A program made the position numbers and the translations under genes. From contig JAVZNT010000002.1 in the NCBI GenBank assembly GCA_038882655.1, positions 64,001-128,000 of the forward strand: DNA of 64,000 nt, written 5' to 3'. This document shows positions 1 to 10,202 of this stretch, one piece after another. How positions within the stretch are numbered: the first letter of the stretch is position 1; each line of letters opens with the position of its first letter. A model generated the notes under the pieces. That model searched no databases and was not told where the DNA came from. It worked only from the letters and a program-made list of their open reading frames with translations. The DNA is from Candidatus Bathyarchaeia archaeon (GTDB lineage: Archaea; Thermoproteota; Bathyarchaeia; Bathyarchaeales; Bathycorpusculaceae).

Positions 1-2
1 TC

Positions 3-1475
3 GTGGATAGTTTCGGCGACGTCACAATAACCAGTGACGGTCGCACAATTTTGGATGAGATGGATGTTCAGCATCCAGCCGCAAAAATGATGGTTGAAGT
101 AGCTAAAACGCAGGACAATGAGGCTGGAGATGGAACAACTACAGCCGTTATTCTTGCTGGAGAATTACTGGCGAAGGCTGAGGAGCTTATTGGCAAAAAC
201 ATTCACCCAACAATAATAATTGATGGTTATAAGAAAGCTTTAGAAAAGTCCCTTGAAATTCTGGAGAAGATAGCCATACCCGTCGACTTAAACTCTCAGG
301 AATATTTACGGAAAGCCGCCATGACATCTATGGCGAGTAAGCTTGTAGCCGAGCATAGGGAGTACCTCGCCGATTTGGCTGTTAAGGCAATTCTGCAAGT
401 TGCTGAAAGGGAAGGTAAAAAATACAAGGCGGATGTGGACGACGTCAAGGTTGAGAAGAAGCCTGGCGAATCCGTTAGGGATACGATGCTCATAAATGGC
501 ATAGTCCTAGACAAGGAAGTCGTCCACTCCGGCATGCCTAAACGTGTGGAAAATGCTAAAATCGCCTTGCTGGACTGCCCCTTAGAAATCGAGAAGACGG
601 AGTTTGACGCTAAAATAAACATTGAAAGCCCCGAGCAGATGGACGCCTTCTTAAAACAGGAGGAAGCCATGCTAAAGGATATGGTGGAAAAGCTTGCCGC
701 CATAGGCGCGAATGTTGTGCTTTGCCAGAAGGGCATAGATGACATGGCACAGCACTTCCTAGCCAGAAGGGGAATCCTTGCAGTGCGCCGTATCAAGAAG
801 TCGGATATGGAGAAGTTGGCAAAAGCCACAGGTGGCAAAATAATAACTAATTTGGACGATGTGAGCCCAGCAGACTTGGGCTATGCAAGCCTTGTGGAAG
901 AGCGGAAAATCGGCGACGACAAAATGACCTTTGTTGAAGGTTGCAAACATCCAAGGGCAGTCACCATCCTCATAAGGGGGGCAACAGAACGCATAGTGGA
1001 AGAGGCTGAACGCTCTGTGCATGACGCCCTATGCGTTGTCCGCGACATCGTTGAAGAACCAAAAGTCTTGGCTGGAGGAGGCGCCCCAGAACTAGAAATA
1101 GCCAAAGCCCTAAAGAAGTACGCTGAAACCCTTCCGGGAAGGGAACAATTAGCCGTTAAAAGCTTCGCAGAAGCCCTAGAGGCTATACCGGCAACACTTA
1201 CTGAAAACGCTGGCTTAGATCCAATAGACATACTCTCCGAGCTTAGAGCCAAACACGAGAAGGGCGAAGCATGGGCTGGAATTGAAGTGCATTCTGGAAA
1301 AGTTCAAGACATGAAAGAAGCCGGAGTCTTTGAACCAATTTCCGTCAAAAAACAAGCGGTCAAGTCTGCAACTGAAGCCGCGTCAATGATTCTGAAAATC
1401 GACGACGTTATAGCTGCTGGAAAGGCTAAAACTCCCCCGATGCCGCCTAAGGGTCCACCCCAAGGCGAATATTAA
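3..1475 (+). CDS. ths: Thermosome (group II chaperonin) subunit, 5'-truncated by window edge
   Basis: GDGTTT ATP-binding motif, [19 protein letters not shown]-terminus. Confidence 0.97.
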   Translation: MDSFGDVTITSDGRTILDEMDVQHPAAKMMVEVAKTQDNEAGDGTTTAVILAGELLAKAEELIGKNIHPTIIIDGYKKALEKSLEILEKIAIPVDLNSQEYLRKAAMTSMASKLVAEHREYLADLAVKAILQVAEREGKKYKADVDDVKVEKKPGESVRDTMLINGIVLDKEVVHSGMPKRVENAKIALLDCPLEIEKTEFDAKINIESPEQMDAFLKQEEAMLKDMVEKLAAIGANVVLCQKGIDDMAQHFLARRGILAVRRIKKSDMEKLAKATGGKIITNLDDVSPADLGYASLVEERKIGDDKMTFVEGCKHPRAVTILIRGATERIVEEAERSVHDALCVVRDIVEEPKVLAGGGAPELEIAKALKKYAETLPGREQLAVKSFAEALEAIPATLTENAGLDPIDILSELRAKHEKGEAWAGIEVHSGKVQDMKEAGVFEPISVKKQAVKSATEAASMILKIDDVIAAGKAKTPPMPPKGPPQGEY

Positions 1476-1487
1476 GGCTCTGGGGAG

Positions 1488-1757
1488 TTGAACACGTCTA
1501 AAAAAGAGAAGAAAATCTTGGTTGGTCCTCCAAGGCTTACCCGTTTCGAGAAAGCCAGAGTAGTCGGCGCAAGAGCCCTCCAAATATCCATGGGCGCCCC
1601 GATCCTTGTTGATGTTTCTGAAGTCTATTCAAGCCCAATAGACATAGCCCTAAAAGAGCTTGAAGCTGGAATACTGCCCATAACAATTAGGCGGACGCTT
1701 CCAGACGGCACTTATCAGGATATTCCGCTCAAGTGGCTTCTAGAAGGAGAAAAGTAG
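1488..1757 (+). CDS. rpoK: DNA-directed RNA polymerase subunit K (Rpo6)
   Basis: LTRFEKARVVGARALQISMGAP signature; TTG start. Confidence 0.96.
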   Translation: MNTSKKEKKILVGPPRLTRFEKARVVGARALQISMGAPILVDVSEVYSSPIDIALKELEAGILPITIRRTLPDGTYQDIPLKWLLEGEK

Positions 1758-1762
1758 TAAAG

Positions 1763-2980
1763 CTATAGTTGGAAGATTTTTCTGTCAAAGTTTGTTAAGA
1801 ACTCTGCCCTACTCTTCTTTACAAGAACCATATCCTCAACCCGCAGGTAATATTCGCCAGCATGCCATAATTTGGGTTCTAAAGCGATCACCATGTTTTC
1901 GCAGATAACCCCATTGTATATTGGACTAAGCCATGGAGGTTCATGCACTTCAACGCCTATGCTGTGCCCAAGGTTTTTGGTTGGCAAACGTGCCCGTAAA
2001 TATTTTCCATATCCAAGTCGGTCTAAGACGCTTTCTAAGAATGGGAAGAGATCACAAGCGCGCATGCTGCCGTCATATATTTTGTCCACTGTTTCGAGAA
2101 CCGCTTGTTGAAGTGCTTCGTAACCCTTCGCAACTTCGGCTGTGGCGCTTCCAAAATAGAAGCTTCTTCCGAAATCAGAACAGTAGCCATCCATCACAAA
2201 ACCAATGTCAAACGCTATGGACGTGCCTTTCACCAGTCCCTCATTTTTTGGGTAGATAAATGGGTTTGGAGAAACTTCAGAGCCAGATTTGACAAAACCC
2301 ACCGTAGGAGGAAACGACACGCTAGAGGCCCCGTAAAGTTTCCCATAAAACTCCACCTCAATTTCTAGTTGACGCTGGGTCACGCCCTCCCTGATTTTTG
2401 GGATTACCGCCTCTAACACTTTGTCAGTCAGCCTCGCTACATTTCTAAGCTTCTCGATTTCTTCGGGCTCCTTAACAACCCTCAAGTTGTCCATGAAACC
2501 TTCAGCGTTGACAAACTTAACACGCTTAACAAGGCGGGTGATTTCCGTTATAGTTGTTCCCCAAACATGGTCGCCCAGCCCGATGACACCGCTTTTAAAA
2601 TTCAAGTCTAACAGAACTTTCCTGAGCATATCACCATAACTTTCATCTTTCCTCAATATGCGGACATCTTTAATCCATGTTTCGCCTGTTTGTTCTAGCC
2701 AGCCTTCTGCAAGGGTCAAAACTGGTTCACCTGTTCTCGGCACAAAAACATTGTTTACATGACTTCCAAGGTCTATACCGTTGCGCCAGTCAATTAGGAG
2801 TCCTGTCAAGTACTGGAAGTTTTGGCATGAACCGAAAACAACTAGGTCAATGTTTTCTTCATCCATTTTTTTCTGAAGCCCGAGAAGCCTTCTTTTGAAT
2901 CCTATGTTGCTTTTCAACTTCATTGTCTCCGGCTTGACATCAAACAGAGTTGCATGGTGTTTAAAGGTTTTCCCCTTCAA
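1763..2980 (-). CDS. Xaa-Pro aminopeptidase, M24 family (start may be ATG 2923)
   Basis: Metal ligands DIG, GYCSDFGR, GHSIGVEVHE, LEP, RVEDMVLV. Confidence 0.9.
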   Translation of the reverse strand: MKGKTFKHHATLFDVKPETMKLKSNIGFKRRLLGLQKKMDEENIDLVVFGSCQNFQYLTGLLIDWRNGIDLGSHVNNVFVPRTGEPVLTLAEGWLEQTGETWIKDVRILRKDESYGDMLRKVLLDLNFKSGVIGLGDHVWGTTITEITRLVKRVKFVNAEGFMDNLRVVKEPEEIEKLRNVARLTDKVLEAVIPKIREGVTQRQLEIEVEFYGKLYGASSVSFPPTVGFVKSGSEVSPNPFIYPKNEGLVKGTSIAFDIGFVMDGYCSDFGRSFYFGSATAEVAKGYEALQQAVLETVDKIYDGSMRACDLFPFLESVLDRLGYGKYLRARLPTKNLGHSIGVEVHEPPWLSPIYNGVICENMVIALEPKLWHAGEYYLRVEDMVLVKKSRAEFLTNFDRKIFQL

Positions 2981-2983
2981 ACC

Positions 2984-3469
2984 CTATTCCGCTGGCTTAC
3001 TTTTAGCCAGTTCTTTAGCGCTTTCAAGAGTTTTTCTTATTCTTGTCCAGTGGGCTCCCTGCCAGTAGATTTGCCCGCATTTTGGGCACTGCCAAAACTC
3101 GTTGTAGTAGGCGAATGTAGTTTCTTCAACCTTGTCCTTAACGTTTTCCTTTGATGTTGGCTTTACTTGTGCGTTGCATTTTGGACAACGCGAGACAGCC
3201 ATGTTTATGTCTAAGCTTATACCGAATTTCTTGGCTAGTTGCGCCAGCTTTTCAGCTTCTGTTCTGCCGTCTACGTAGAAGGCTTGGACGCCTTTTGCTG
3301 TGGCTTGCTGGTAAAGCTCTAAATCCCTCGTTAAGAGTATGCGCTTCTCCCTCTTTGCTATGGCAATTAATTGCACGTCGTCCAGTTTATTCGAGTATTT
3401 CACGTTGTGTCCCAGCATCCTAAGCCAACGGGTGAGTTTCCCAAGCATACCATCAACAATGAATTTCAA
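2984..3469 (-). CDS. Mut7-C / DUF82 PIN-like RNase domain protein with Zn ribbon
   Basis: KFIVDGMLGKLTRWLR, ILLTRD, RCPKCN...CPKCGQIYWQGAH. Confidence 0.9.
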   Translation of the reverse strand: MKFIVDGMLGKLTRWLRMLGHNVKYSNKLDDVQLIAIAKREKRILLTRDLELYQQATAKGVQAFYVDGRTEAEKLAQLAKKFGISLDINMAVSRCPKCNAQVKPTSKENVKDKVEETTFAYYNEFWQCPKCGQIYWQGAHWTRIRKTLESAKELAKSKPAE

Positions 3470-3476
3470 GGCTATT

Positions 3477-4829
3477 TTATTCCCCCGCTTTCGCCTGGGG
3501 TTTAATTATTTTTCCACATCCGGGTTTAGCCACTATTTCGCCTTCATCCATAACTAGTTTTCCGCCTACAAAAGTTTTGATAACCATGCCTTTGGCTGTT
3601 CTGCCATCGAAGGGTGAAAACTTCGCCTTAGAATGGAAACGCAAAGCATCAATCTTAACCTCTCTTTTCAAATCAACAGCCACCAAGTCGGCTCTAAAAC
3701 CCTCCTTTAGGTTTCCAAAACCATCTAACCCAAAAATTCTCGATGGGTTCTCACTCATAAGCCTAACAACATCGGCTAGACCAAGCCTTCCAGCATTCAC
3801 CTCAGTAAGCAGTAGCGGAAGGGTTGTTTCAAGCCCGGGAATGCCAACCTTAACATCCCAAACGCTGTCAGCATTTTTCTCCGCCAAAGTGTGGGGTGCA
3901 TGGTCTGAACCCACCACGTCAATCCAACCGTTTTTCACGCCTTCCAGTAAAGCTGTGTTATGGCTTTTGCTTCGAAGCGGAGGCATTGTCAGAGCCAACA
4001 TCCCAAAACGCCTAAAATCTTCAGCAGACAAGAGCAAATGATGGGGCGTAACCTCACACGTCACTGGTAGCCCCACCTTTTTCGCCGCAATCACTAGACT
4101 TAAGCCTTGCTTTGTGCTTATGTGGCAAAAGTGCACTCGCGCCCTTGCTTCTTCCACTATTTTTAGTACGCGTTTTACAGCTTTAGCTTCCACCCTTTCA
4201 GAATGAGCCTCGAGGAAAGCATCAACATCGTTTTTGCCTTCTAGCTTAAGCCTCTCTTCGACACTTTTAATCATGCTCTTGTCTTCGGCGTGCACAGCAA
4301 TCGGGGTTCTTGAAGTCACCTTTTCGAAGGCTTCTGCAAGTGCACCGTCATCTTCTATGTTTAGTCCGCCCACCTGTTCGCTTAGGAAAAGCTTAAAAGC
4401 CATCGCGCCAGCGCCAATTATCTCGTCTATTTCATGTAGGCTTTTTGGGAACTCAGAGTAAAAGCCCACATTAACCAAAATCTTTTCCTCGGCTTTTTTC
4501 ATCCTACTTTTCAAAGTTTCAGCGCTCATGGTCACTGGGTTGTTGTTGGGCATGTCCAACACCGTTGTGAAGCCGCCAGCTGCAGCGGCTGCCGTGCCGC
4601 TATAGAAGTCTTCTTTATAGGCTTTGCCCTCATCCCTCAGGTGCACATGAACGTCAATCAAGCCGGGCAAAACAAGAAGCCCCTTAAGGCTGATTTCAGC
4701 GTCAGCGTTAGGCATCTGCGGCTCTTTCCCAATTTTCGCTATTTTGCCGTTTTCGATAGCTAGGCAGCACTCTTTCACCTCGCCGTTCACATAGGCTTTT
4801 GGGTCTTTTAAGACGAGTTCAGCTTTCAA
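3477..4829 (-). CDS. pyrC: Dihydroorotase (amidohydrolase family)
   Basis: PGLIDVHVHLRD, DMPNN, HAED, CEVTPHHL, GSDHAPH. Confidence 0.9.
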   Translation of the reverse strand: MKAELVLKDPKAYVNGEVKECCLAIENGKIAKIGKEPQMPNADAEISLKGLLVLPGLIDVHVHLRDEGKAYKEDFYSGTAAAAAGGFTTVLDMPNNNPVTMSAETLKSRMKKAEEKILVNVGFYSEFPKSLHEIDEIIGAGAMAFKLFLSEQVGGLNIEDDGALAEAFEKVTSRTPIAVHAEDKSMIKSVEERLKLEGKNDVDAFLEAHSERVEAKAVKRVLKIVEEARARVHFCHISTKQGLSLVIAAKKVGLPVTCEVTPHHLLLSAEDFRRFGMLALTMPPLRSKSHNTALLEGVKNGWIDVVGSDHAPHTLAEKNADSVWDVKVGIPGLETTLPLLLTEVNAGRLGLADVVRLMSENPSRIFGLDGFGNLKEGFRADLVAVDLKREVKIDALRFHSKAKFSPFDGRTAKGMVIKTFVGGKLVMDEGEIVAKPGCGKIIKPQAKAGE

Positions 4830-4865
4830 CTTTCCACTCTTAGCTGGAAAATAAATGCTTAGAAG

Positions 4866-6296
4866 CTAAATAAATTTAGTCGAAAGCTTTTCAACGAAGC
4901 TTTTTTCGGTTACCGCTGCAACAACGCCTTTAACTTTTTCAAAAAGTGCTTCACTTACAATGCCTTTTTCTAGGGCTTTTTCAAGCTTTTCCATATCCAC
5001 AATCTTCGTTTCGCCGCTTGAGCAGATGCAAACATCCACTTCTAAATCGATGTAACGAACTGCATCTGGGTATATTTCCACCGGCGTGTTTATGTTTATG
5101 TATGCGCCCTTCCACCGCCCGTTCCTTGAGAAGTAGTTGGTGGTTATGTACCAGTCGCCAAGCTTTGTTTCACTTGCCGCCTCGTCGCCAGCCTCTTTGG
5201 CTACGCCTAACCCGTCGTAAAAGCCGTCAGCTCTAATGGTTCTGCTGTATCTTAGTTCTTGGCTGTTTATGGCTTCTATTGTTGCGTGTCCAAGGTGGAA
5301 GACTGCGCCGCCTAGCTTAACGTGTTCCACATCAACCGTTGAGCCTTCCACTGGGAATTCTGGCTGAACATGCGCTTTTAGAAGTTCTTCAACCTCGCTT
5401 TTGCTTTGTCCCCTTTCCAGGAGTTTTTCAGCCATTTCTAGGGCTGCTGAAACCTTGTCGCCGCAGCTTTTGTAGAAGTGGTGTCCATCAATGGTTGGCG
5501 AAACAGAAGCCCTTAAAACGTCCAGCTTCGCTTTTGAAAGGCGTGGAAACTCAACATCCATAAAATGTAAGCCTTCAATAAGTAAGGCTGGCGCATTAGC
5601 CAAAGCAGCGCTCTCGTTTAAGGCTTTAATCTTTTCGGAGAGATTTGCCACCTCATTTTCCAAAACTGTTTTTGGCGTGTGGGCGGCTGGTTCCCGCCAA
5701 ATTATCCCCCAACCATCTGGCGCCAACTTTTTTCCAAGCGTGTAAAGCTCAGCCCGTTTGTTTATGTCCCTAATTTTTAGGCTTACTCCACCGTTGCTTT
5801 CATGTGCCAGTATGGCGTAGTTCCCAACAATTTTAAGCTGAGTTGTCAAAACTGGAGTTTTTCTTCCTATGCGTTTTCTCGAGACTTGGACTATTACAGC
5901 TTTTCCAATCGGGTTTCGGCTTCCGCTGGAGGCTTCATATTTCGGCAGTAGTCCAACAACATCTTCACTTATTTTGACTTGAAATGCATCATTGCTCTCA
6001 TCTATGATTGCGCCCTTGTATATGCCGTCCACGCTGGTGCTCCATTTTCTTGCTATGGCATCTTCAAATGTGGAGTGCAGAATTGTATGAAAGGCTTTTA
6101 TGGCTTCTGGTTTGCCTAGTGCCACCACTCCTTGGAGGTCATGCCTATCCTTTATTTTTAGGTCTGGAGGTTCGTTGTTGTCTGGTACACCGAGCCGCGC
6201 CTTTATGGCTTGGGATGGCTGAACTATTTGGAAGCTATTTTCTAAAAGCAGTTTTGTCAAGGCTGTTGTGTATATTCCCCTAACCTTGGCTCTCAA
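4866..6296 (-). CDS. fau-1: FAU-1-type RNA-binding protein/ribonuclease (DUF402)
   Basis: VRGIYTTALT N-terminus; YININTPVEIYP...YIDLEVDV C-terminal DUF402. Confidence 0.88.
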   Translation of the reverse strand: MRAKVRGIYTTALTKLLLENSFQIVQPSQAIKARLGVPDNNEPPDLKIKDRHDLQGVVALGKPEAIKAFHTILHSTFEDAIARKWSTSVDGIYKGAIIDESNDAFQVKISEDVVGLLPKYEASSGSRNPIGKAVIVQVSRKRIGRKTPVLTTQLKIVGNYAILAHESNGGVSLKIRDINKRAELYTLGKKLAPDGWGIIWREPAAHTPKTVLENEVANLSEKIKALNESAALANAPALLIEGLHFMDVEFPRLSKAKLDVLRASVSPTIDGHHFYKSCGDKVSAALEMAEKLLERGQSKSEVEELLKAHVQPEFPVEGSTVDVEHVKLGGAVFHLGHATIEAINSQELRYSRTIRADGFYDGLGVAKEAGDEAASETKLGDWYITTNYFSRNGRWKGAYININTPVEIYPDAVRYIDLEVDVCICSSGETKIVDMEKLEKALEKGIVSEALFEKVKGVVAAVTEKSFVEKLSTKFI

Positions 6297-6298
6297 GG

Positions 6299-7337
6299 CT
6301 AGCCGACCTTCTCAACCTTGTAAAGCCCGTTAAGGCGCTCAACATTGAATTTTACGCCTAGGAGGATTTCAGCCAGCCAAATGTTTGTTTCTAAATGGTC
6401 TGAAAGGGCTCTTGTCAAGTAGGCTGATTTCCCCCCTAGCTAAAGCCACATAAGGGATGAGCATGTCAGCCAAATGCACGTCAACAGTAGCCCTAGAAGA
6501 GATTTCAGCGTGAAGTTTTTCCGCGGCTTCAACTCCCACAGTCTCGCTTGTTTTTCCAAGCTCTCCAATGGAGTCTGCGCCGAGCACCGCGCCCCTATCT
6601 GTTTCAGCCCAAAGCACTAGGGAGCTCCCCTTCTGGAGGGAATTAGACCTGTCGTTCACGATTTGAATGTCAGCCTTTAACCCGTGTTTTTGGAGATAAT
6701 TGTTGGCGGCTGTTGCTTGTCGTTCAGCCACCCGCCTATCCGCTAGGAAAGTGCATACCGAAACACCTTTAACATCTTTTATTTTGCCAAAATTTTCTAG
6801 GCATATGGGTTTAAGCTCCCTGCAAGGCTCAACCGTTAGGGTTGCCTCCCCCATGCCTTTTGGATAATAGCCATACTTGTGGACTGTTATTTCGGCGTTT
6901 ACGCCCATTCGCCTCAAAACCGGTAGGAAAACGAACCGCATATAGTTTATTGTTGGCGAGTGGGAAACATCTGTTCCGCCTTTTGAGATGCGGAGGCGGA
7001 TGCTGTTTTTTGCGAAGATGCAGATGGGTAACACGGTCATAATTAGCATCGGTATGCTTCCAGCAGTGCCGATCTCAGCCTCAAAAACCCCGCCTTTAAC
7101 TTCCTTCGGCGTGAACCAGAGTTCCCGAGAGTTTAAAACAGCGCCTCTAACTTCGGCGTTGCAGAGTTTCGCCGCTGTCAAAACAGCCTCCAAATGCTGT
7201 GGTCTCAAGCCGGGTTGTGGGCGGTTCTGGCGTATATTGTATATGTGGATAGACTGCCCAAGAATGGAGGCTAGGGCTACTGAAAGCCTTAGGATGGTTC
7301 CGCTTCCGCTTTTCTGACTTCCATCAATCTCAATCAA
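6299..7337 (-). CDS. rtcA: RNA 3'-terminal phosphate cyclase, with +1 frameshift in a G6 run at 6431-6436
   Basis: IEIDGS..SGSGTILR, GLRPQHL, GYYPKGMG, DVHLADML. Removing one G gives the typical tail KSAYLTRALSDHLETNIWLAE...KVG ending at TAG 6299 (345 aa). Confidence 0.9.
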
Positions 7338-7435
7338 CGGTGGCTGGCTCCTTCGTTTAATGCTACAGCGGCTTTCACAGACAATAATTAAATACAGCTA
7401 TAAGGGTATTAAGCATTTGAAGAGTGTGAACCTCC

Positions 7436-7846
7436 ATGAGCACGGAGAAGGAGCGCATCCAAAAACTGGCGGAAAAAGTGGACGAACTGCTGGTGGTTTT
7501 AAACAATATAGCAGAAGACCTCAGAATAGTTTCAGCATCGCTGAGATCCATAGCTGTTTCGCAGTTTGCTCAACCACCACCAACAGTCCCGGTAACGCCA
7601 ACGCCGGAGAAGCCAGAAGCAGAGAAACCCCTAGGCGTCGATGATGTTAAAATGATGTTCCCAGAAGATTTAGAAGGGCTTCTAAACTTTGAGGATAAGG
7701 GCGGATACATCAAAATCACGCCCCGCCAGTACTTGGGCGCAGAAAACTTCGCGAAAATAGCCCAAATAGCCCGAGGAGCTGGAGGAGACTACATAAGCGC
7801 TGGCAGGGAAAGCCACTTTCGCATACCGAAAAAGAAAGCAGTCTAA
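7436..7846 (+). CDS. Hypothetical protein (N-terminal coiled coil, Pro-rich linker, globular C-terminal domain)
   Basis: ATG start, divergent from rtcA, natural composition. Confidence 0.75.
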   Translation: MSTEKERIQKLAEKVDELLVVLNNIAEDLRIVSASLRSIAVSQFAQPPPTVPVTPTPEKPEAEKPLGVDDVKMMFPEDLEGLLNFEDKGGYIKITPRQYLGAENFAKIAQIARGAGGDYISAGRESHFRIPKKKAV

Positions 7847-8118
7847 TATCTTATTTCGAAGTCTCGAAACTTGCCAGTGTAATTCTCCCACTTTACATCC
7901 ACTTTTGTCACTTTTGCACCGGGCGGTCCACACCTACAAAAATCTATAAGCTCTTTTACAACTGCTTTTTCGCCCTCGAAGACCGCCTCCACCCTACCGT
8001 CTGGAAGGTTTCGAACCCAACCCTTAACGCCGCGCATCTTAGCCTCATGTTTAGTTTCATACCTAAAAAACACTCCTTGGACGCGCCCACGGACAAACAC
8101 GTGTGCCCTAACCTTCAT
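7843..8118 (-). CDS. acyP: Acylphosphatase
   Basis: GRVQGVFFR, GWVRNLPDGRVE. Confidence 0.96.
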   Translation of the reverse strand: MKVRAHVFVRGRVQGVFFRYETKHEAKMRGVKGWVRNLPDGRVEAVFEGEKAVVKELIDFCRCGPPGAKVTKVDVKWENYTGKFRDFEIRY

Positions 8119-8273
8119 GGCGCCCTGTTCCCCTAATGTTTTGCCAAAATTCTACAGCATTCAGCATTTATGAGCTTTCACTTTAACTTAACTCTCTCCA
8201 CGGGGCGGTTTTGTCGTTGCACACACGCCTTTAAAAGGGATAAACGCCAAACCGCGTTCCGGAGGCTTAATCT

Positions 8274-8609
8274 TTGTTGGAAGATAGTCGTGGAAAGTTG
8301 TTGGTTTACGTTTCAAATGCTGGAACTCATAGAGAAAGGCGGAAAGCAGTGAGCGTTGCTGTTGAGAAGACTGCTAGAATGTTGAATTTGGGGGTTGAGG
8401 TTGTTCCATTAAAAGACGCAAGGGCACCAACCTACGTTTACTATAAGGATGGTGAGAACGAGCCCGTTCCACTTTACTGCGACAAGGAAAACAAAGATAG
8501 CATAGAAAAAGTTTGCACGGCATTAAGGAGCATGATGTTTGTCTTGTCTTTCCATCCAAAATTTTCGGCTTTAAAAAAGGTTAGAAAACAGATTATACGC
8601 TTTTCCTAA
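8274..8609 (+). CDS. Hypothetical protein
   Basis: GGAGG upstream of TTG; fills the gap between acyP and arcadin-1. Confidence 0.7.
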   Translation: MLEDSRGKLLVYVSNAGTHRERRKAVSVAVEKTARMLNLGVEVVPLKDARAPTYVYYKDGENEPVPLYCDKENKDSIEKVCTALRSMMFVLSFHPKFSALKKVRKQIIRFS

Positions 8610-8919
8610 ACTTTATGGACTGATTTTCAAGGGTTATCTCATAAATCTGATTAACATCGAAGTCTATGCCCAAACTCTCGTATTCCTGCTCTGTTAGGAA
8701 AAGTATTATCTTCGGAATTGTAAACTGCACGCGCCCCGGAAAGATTGGCAGTTGCTGTTGAAGGGCTTGGAGAACGTCTTGCACAACTTTTGCCTCTTCG
8801 GTTTGGGGTCTAATGGCAAACTGTGGGATTGGGCGTTCCTCAACAAGCTCTATGCGTTTCCCAAGGTTTCCATCAATGTCGCGAATTGACTCAATTTTGT
8901 TCACTCTAACACGAAACAT
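8593..8919 (-). CDS. Arcadin-1 family protein
   Basis: MFRVRV..IESIRD.DGNLGKRIELVEE...PKIILFLTEQEYE.LG..FDVNQ pattern recalled from arcadin-1. Confidence 0.7.
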   Translation of the reverse strand: MFRVRVNKIESIRDIDGNLGKRIELVEERPIPQFAIRPQTEEAKVVQDVLQALQQQLPIFPGRVQFTIPKIILFLTEQEYESLGIDFDVNQIYEITLENQSIKFRKSV

Positions 8920-8976
8920 GTTCATCCACGAAGAAGAGCGCATAACAGCTATTTAAGGGCTTTAGGCGTTATCTGC

Positions 8977-10179
8977 CTATTCCATTTCGATGGTGGCTGG
9001 AGGCTTAGGCGTAACATCATAGTAAACCGCTGAAACATTTGGACACTTTTCAATAATCTCGTTTGCCGCCCTCTCCAGAACCTTCCAAGATATTTCTGAA
9101 ACCTGTGCTGTTAGGAAGTCTTTTGTCTGCACGGCTCTTATGCTTATCACGTAGGGCTTTTTCTCTGGCGTTTCCTTAACAGCGTAGAGCACCCTTGTTA
9201 TTGTCGGGTTTTCGCTGGTTATCCTCGCCTGCAACGAGATAAGCTTCGGTATATCAGCTTGGTAGACTTTGCTCTCCGCCGTTTCAGCCTTTACACCAAC
9301 TACTTTTCCGTAACGCCTCTCACCGCCCTTCACGCCTGTAGCTTTGTCTCTGAAAATCTTCACGTGAACATTCCGTGATGGCACGTTTAAGAGACGCGCC
9401 GCTGTTTCCTTCACGTGGGATGTTGAAGGCTCCACTGGCGCCTCCTCGTTGTCTATGATTGCCGCGAAGTACTGACTTGGCTTATACTCAGCGAGGGCGC
9501 TTTCAACTATTGTTGTCGTCCTTTTCAACGCCTCCAACTTGTCCAAGCGGATTTCGCCCACAACTCGAACTGATAAGCCTGGTCCCGGGAAAGGTTGCCT
9601 CTCAGAAGCTTCTGGCGGCAAGCCTAGATGTCTAGCAACCATCCGCACTTGCTCCTTGTAAAGCGTCAACAACGGTTCAACAACTTTGAAACCGAATCTT
9701 TCCATGGGGTTTATGCCTATCTGCTCCAAAACATTGTGCTGGGTTTTCACGCCGCCAACAGTCTCCACAACGTCCGCGCGGATTGTACCCTGCACAAGAA
9801 CACGGCAATTTTCCTTCTTCGCTGTTTCACTCAGGACTGTGTAGAAGGTTTCACGGAACTTTTTTCGCTTTTCCTCTGCATCGTGTAAGCCTTTCATGGC
9901 GTTTAAGAAGCGCTCTTGAACATTAACTATTTTAACTGGCACTTTGAATGGTTCTTTGTAAAGGATTTCGGCAACTCTTTCTGGTTCGCCCTCCCGCATG
10001 AAGGCGTCGTCTAAAATCACGCAGACGAGGTTTTCGCCTATAGCCCTGCGGGTTAGAACAGCACATGTTGTGCTGTCGACTCCGCCAGAAACCGCCACTA
10101 ATGCCTTTTCATTGCCTATAGCCTTCTTTATCTCTATGACTTGCGCTTCAACAAATTTTTCTGGGTTAAAGCTTTCCAT
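8977..10179 (-). CDS. guaAB: GMP synthase, ATP pyrophosphatase subunit B, with extended/duplicated C-terminal domain
   Basis: SGGVDS PP-loop, LVQGTI..D, KTQHNV, RQPFPGPGL, DVTPKPPATIE. Confidence 0.92.
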   Translation of the reverse strand: MESFNPEKFVEAQVIEIKKAIGNEKALVAVSGGVDSTTCAVLTRRAIGENLVCVILDDAFMREGEPERVAEILYKEPFKVPVKIVNVQERFLNAMKGLHDAEEKRKKFRETFYTVLSETAKKENCRVLVQGTIRADVVETVGGVKTQHNVLEQIGINPMERFGFKVVEPLLTLYKEQVRMVARHLGLPPEASERQPFPGPGLSVRVVGEIRLDKLEALKRTTTIVESALAEYKPSQYFAAIIDNEEAPVEPSTSHVKETAARLLNVPSRNVHVKIFRDKATGVKGGERRYGKVVGVKAETAESKVYQADIPKLISLQARITSENPTITRVLYAVKETPEKKPYVISIRAVQTKDFLTAQVSEISWKVLERAANEIIEKCPNVSAVYYDVTPKPPATIEME

Positions 10180-10202
10180 ACGACTTCGAACTCCTTCAAC
10201 TT

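Noticed and set aside
296-1252. Long antisense ORFs over the thermosome gene (similarly 3577-4041, 22426-23166, 23630-24208, 36594-37016, 41842-42345)
   Set aside because: Shadow frames of well-conserved genes with Ser/Phe-rich unnatural composition.
6425-6440. Programmed -1 frameshift or BHB intron in rtcA
   Set aside because: Restoration needs +1, the excess is a single nucleotide, and no BHB fold is apparent.
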